From Rhodosorus marinus CCMP1338 (lineage: Eukaryota > Plantae > Rhodophyta), in NCBI GenBank assembly GCA_029953675.1, contig JAMWBK010000001.1:434001-498000 (forward strand): a stretch of DNA of 64,000 bases. Reading direction: 5' to 3'. The position numbers and the translations under genes were made by a program. The notes under the pieces are model-generated. The model did no database searches, was not told the DNA's origin, and worked only from the letters and a program-made list of their open reading frames with translations. This document shows positions 62,103 through 64,000 of this stretch, one piece after another (positions within the stretch are counted from its first letter, which is position 1; the number at the start of each line of letters is the position of its first letter).

Positions 62103-62425
62103 CCTTTCCCAATCATTGAAGACTTCCACCAAAACACACGTCACAAACAAAACTCAGCCAGCCACCCGCACCAGTCACAGGTGACCTACCACGAGATACC
62201 TGCAAAAAACTCAAGCTCGTCTTGTCCGAGCAAGTCCAGTATATCTTGACATCTACTGGCAAGCTCCAACCCCTTAACCCCTATTGCTGTCCCAAAAAGC
62301 CGTCCTTAAAACGCAGATCGTTTAGTGAAAGGAAAACTTTGCAGAGAGCGACGCAGTTGAATCGTATCTAGATATTCTCTGGTCACCCGACCCGTTGTGA
62401 AATCCGCCCGAATCCTGGCTCCGAA

Positions 62426-62610
62426 GAGGATTAGGTTGATGCCGTCAAACCCCCATTGAGAGCTTTCTCTGTTCAGTCCCGGCGCAGTTGGGATCTTGCC
62501 GGAATCAGCTGAACGAGATTAGTTGATGTCAGATGAATCATCTAAAGAGCTTTCTCTGTTCAGTCCCGTAGCCGTGGGGATCTTGCTGAAGTCCGTTCGA
62601 GCAAAGCTAG
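62426..62610. repeat. 87-bp-period degenerate tandem repeat
   Basis: Identical 23-mer agagctttctctgttcagtcccg at 62459-62481 and 62546-62568, with flanking similarity; the minus strand reads KIPTA(T/P)GLNRESS twice with an intervening stop. Confidence 0.85.
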
Positions 62611-64000
62611 TCGATGTAGGCAGGTCTTATTAAGATATTCTCACGTATAGTCACCGGGGGAATTTTCACCCGAATCAGCTTCGAACAAGAGCTTAAGGTT
62701 ACAGCTTTGTCCTGGATGTGGTCAAGATTCGGGTAGGCTGATGTTAAGCGGATGCTCCTTGGACACACAGAGACACAGAGCTGAGGCTTCATTGGGTGGG
62801 TTCCCAGTAACTCTTTTTCTTCGGCACACATCAGCTGCCGAAATCAAACTTATTTGCTTGCCTCTCCTACTTTTCGCTTCTTTTCGGCGTGGGCCTGGGC
62901 TAATGCCAAAGATGTAGACGACAGGCTTCTTCGCTGATTGTTTTCGCTTGTGAACGACCTTCCAAATACTTTTTTGTATACTCGTCGTACGGCTTCGAAT
63001 CTAAGCGAGATAGTTTGGGTTCAACTGGTCGTATCTAAGAGTTGAGAGGCACTACCTCCAGAAAGTACTCATGGAAACGTCTACCCTACGTAGTCTTCAT
63101 CGCAGCAGCTGTTGCTTCGCAGAAGAACAGCAGGTCCTTATGAAGAGATAAAAAAATCTTCGGAAGCCGATACCTATCATACGATCTCAGAAGACAACAA
63201 ATATTAATGCCACAGCCTTGTATCCATATATATATATAATCAGACCAGATGCAGCTTCATCAGAGCTTCTCCTTCTAGTCCGCTGGATGTGCAGTGCACC
63301 ACGGCGCGAAGTCCTCGAAGAAACTGTCCATACTCGGTCTTCTCCACCATTCAGGAGGAACGGATCGAGCGGGTGTTAATGATTACTACTAATGGAAAGA
63401 GCAACTTGAATGAGCGCTTATAGGTTTGCCAATTGCCATCTAGCCGTGTAGGTTTGACACCAGGCCCGATCACATTGAAGGCTGCTCATCACGAAAGTGA
63501 TCTATACAGTCCGTGGAAGAGGTTGGAGGATCGATCCCTAGTCGACCGCTCCAGGTGAGATTTGACGTACACTGGTTGGCTCCAAATGGGATCAAGAAGG
63601 CGCTTAGTGTTCGCTTAAATCGAGCCTTTGCGGCTCCTTGGGGTGAGGGCACTCTAATCGAAGATCAGAGCTTCTCGGTTTCATCCATCTACCAAGAAAT
63701 CTGGCTTTCGGCTTTTCCAAGGACGGCGAATAAGGCTTAGCAATCGAAAACCGGCGCAAACTACAATTCTGTGATCACCGACTGGAGGAGCTTTATCTAG
63801 CCACAGAGCCAGCTACGATGGAAAGCCTATCCAGAACAAGACTCACCATAGAGGATTGCCACCTGATCTTGTAACCAATCACGATGAAGACAACGGTTAA
63901 AGCTGTATCTGTCGACCTCAAAAACAGCCCAGCAGCTTGGAATATCACAGCTTAGAGTATTTTTACGCCACAGAGTACTCTACTTCGCAAAGAAGAATAC

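Noticed and set aside
63470-64000. VDLKNSPAAW resembling a retroelement RT motif
   Set aside because: A single short motif without flanking RT blocks; insufficient evidence.

Overview
Compact, intron-containing eukaryotic nuclear DNA with short GT-AG introns, about 20 protein genes on both strands and no tRNA, rRNA or CRISPR array that I could find. A plastid and thylakoid-Tat-targeted gene, a PHR2-like photolyase homologue, a SHAQKYF-class Myb and a plant/protist-type SAHH point to a photosynthetic alga, probably a red alga (inference). Recognisable genes: four PPR proteins (three adjacent at 26.9-35.1 kb), DNA primase large subunit, PP2A scaffold subunit A, V-ATPase subunit H, ubiquilin/Dsk2, SAHH, a copine, a METTL6/METTL2-like methyltransferase, Cwc21/SRRM2, a GPATCH4/Tma23-like protein and a WCPPC nucleoredoxin-like protein. 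Mobile or decayed DNA: a Ty3/Gypsy RT fragment, an intact IS630/Tc1-type DD38E transposase ORF without visible TIRs, and several weak transposon-like remnants. Most interesting: (1) a 4-exon gene missed by the ORF track that appears to encode a stand-alone FtsH lumenal domain with a Tat signal; (2) the possibly domesticated transposase followed by a 149-bp-period tandem duplication; (3) a decayed repeat-protein sequence revealed by 11 copies of CCCTGA. Exon boundaries were read by eye and no database searches were possible, so family calls rest on remembered motifs.
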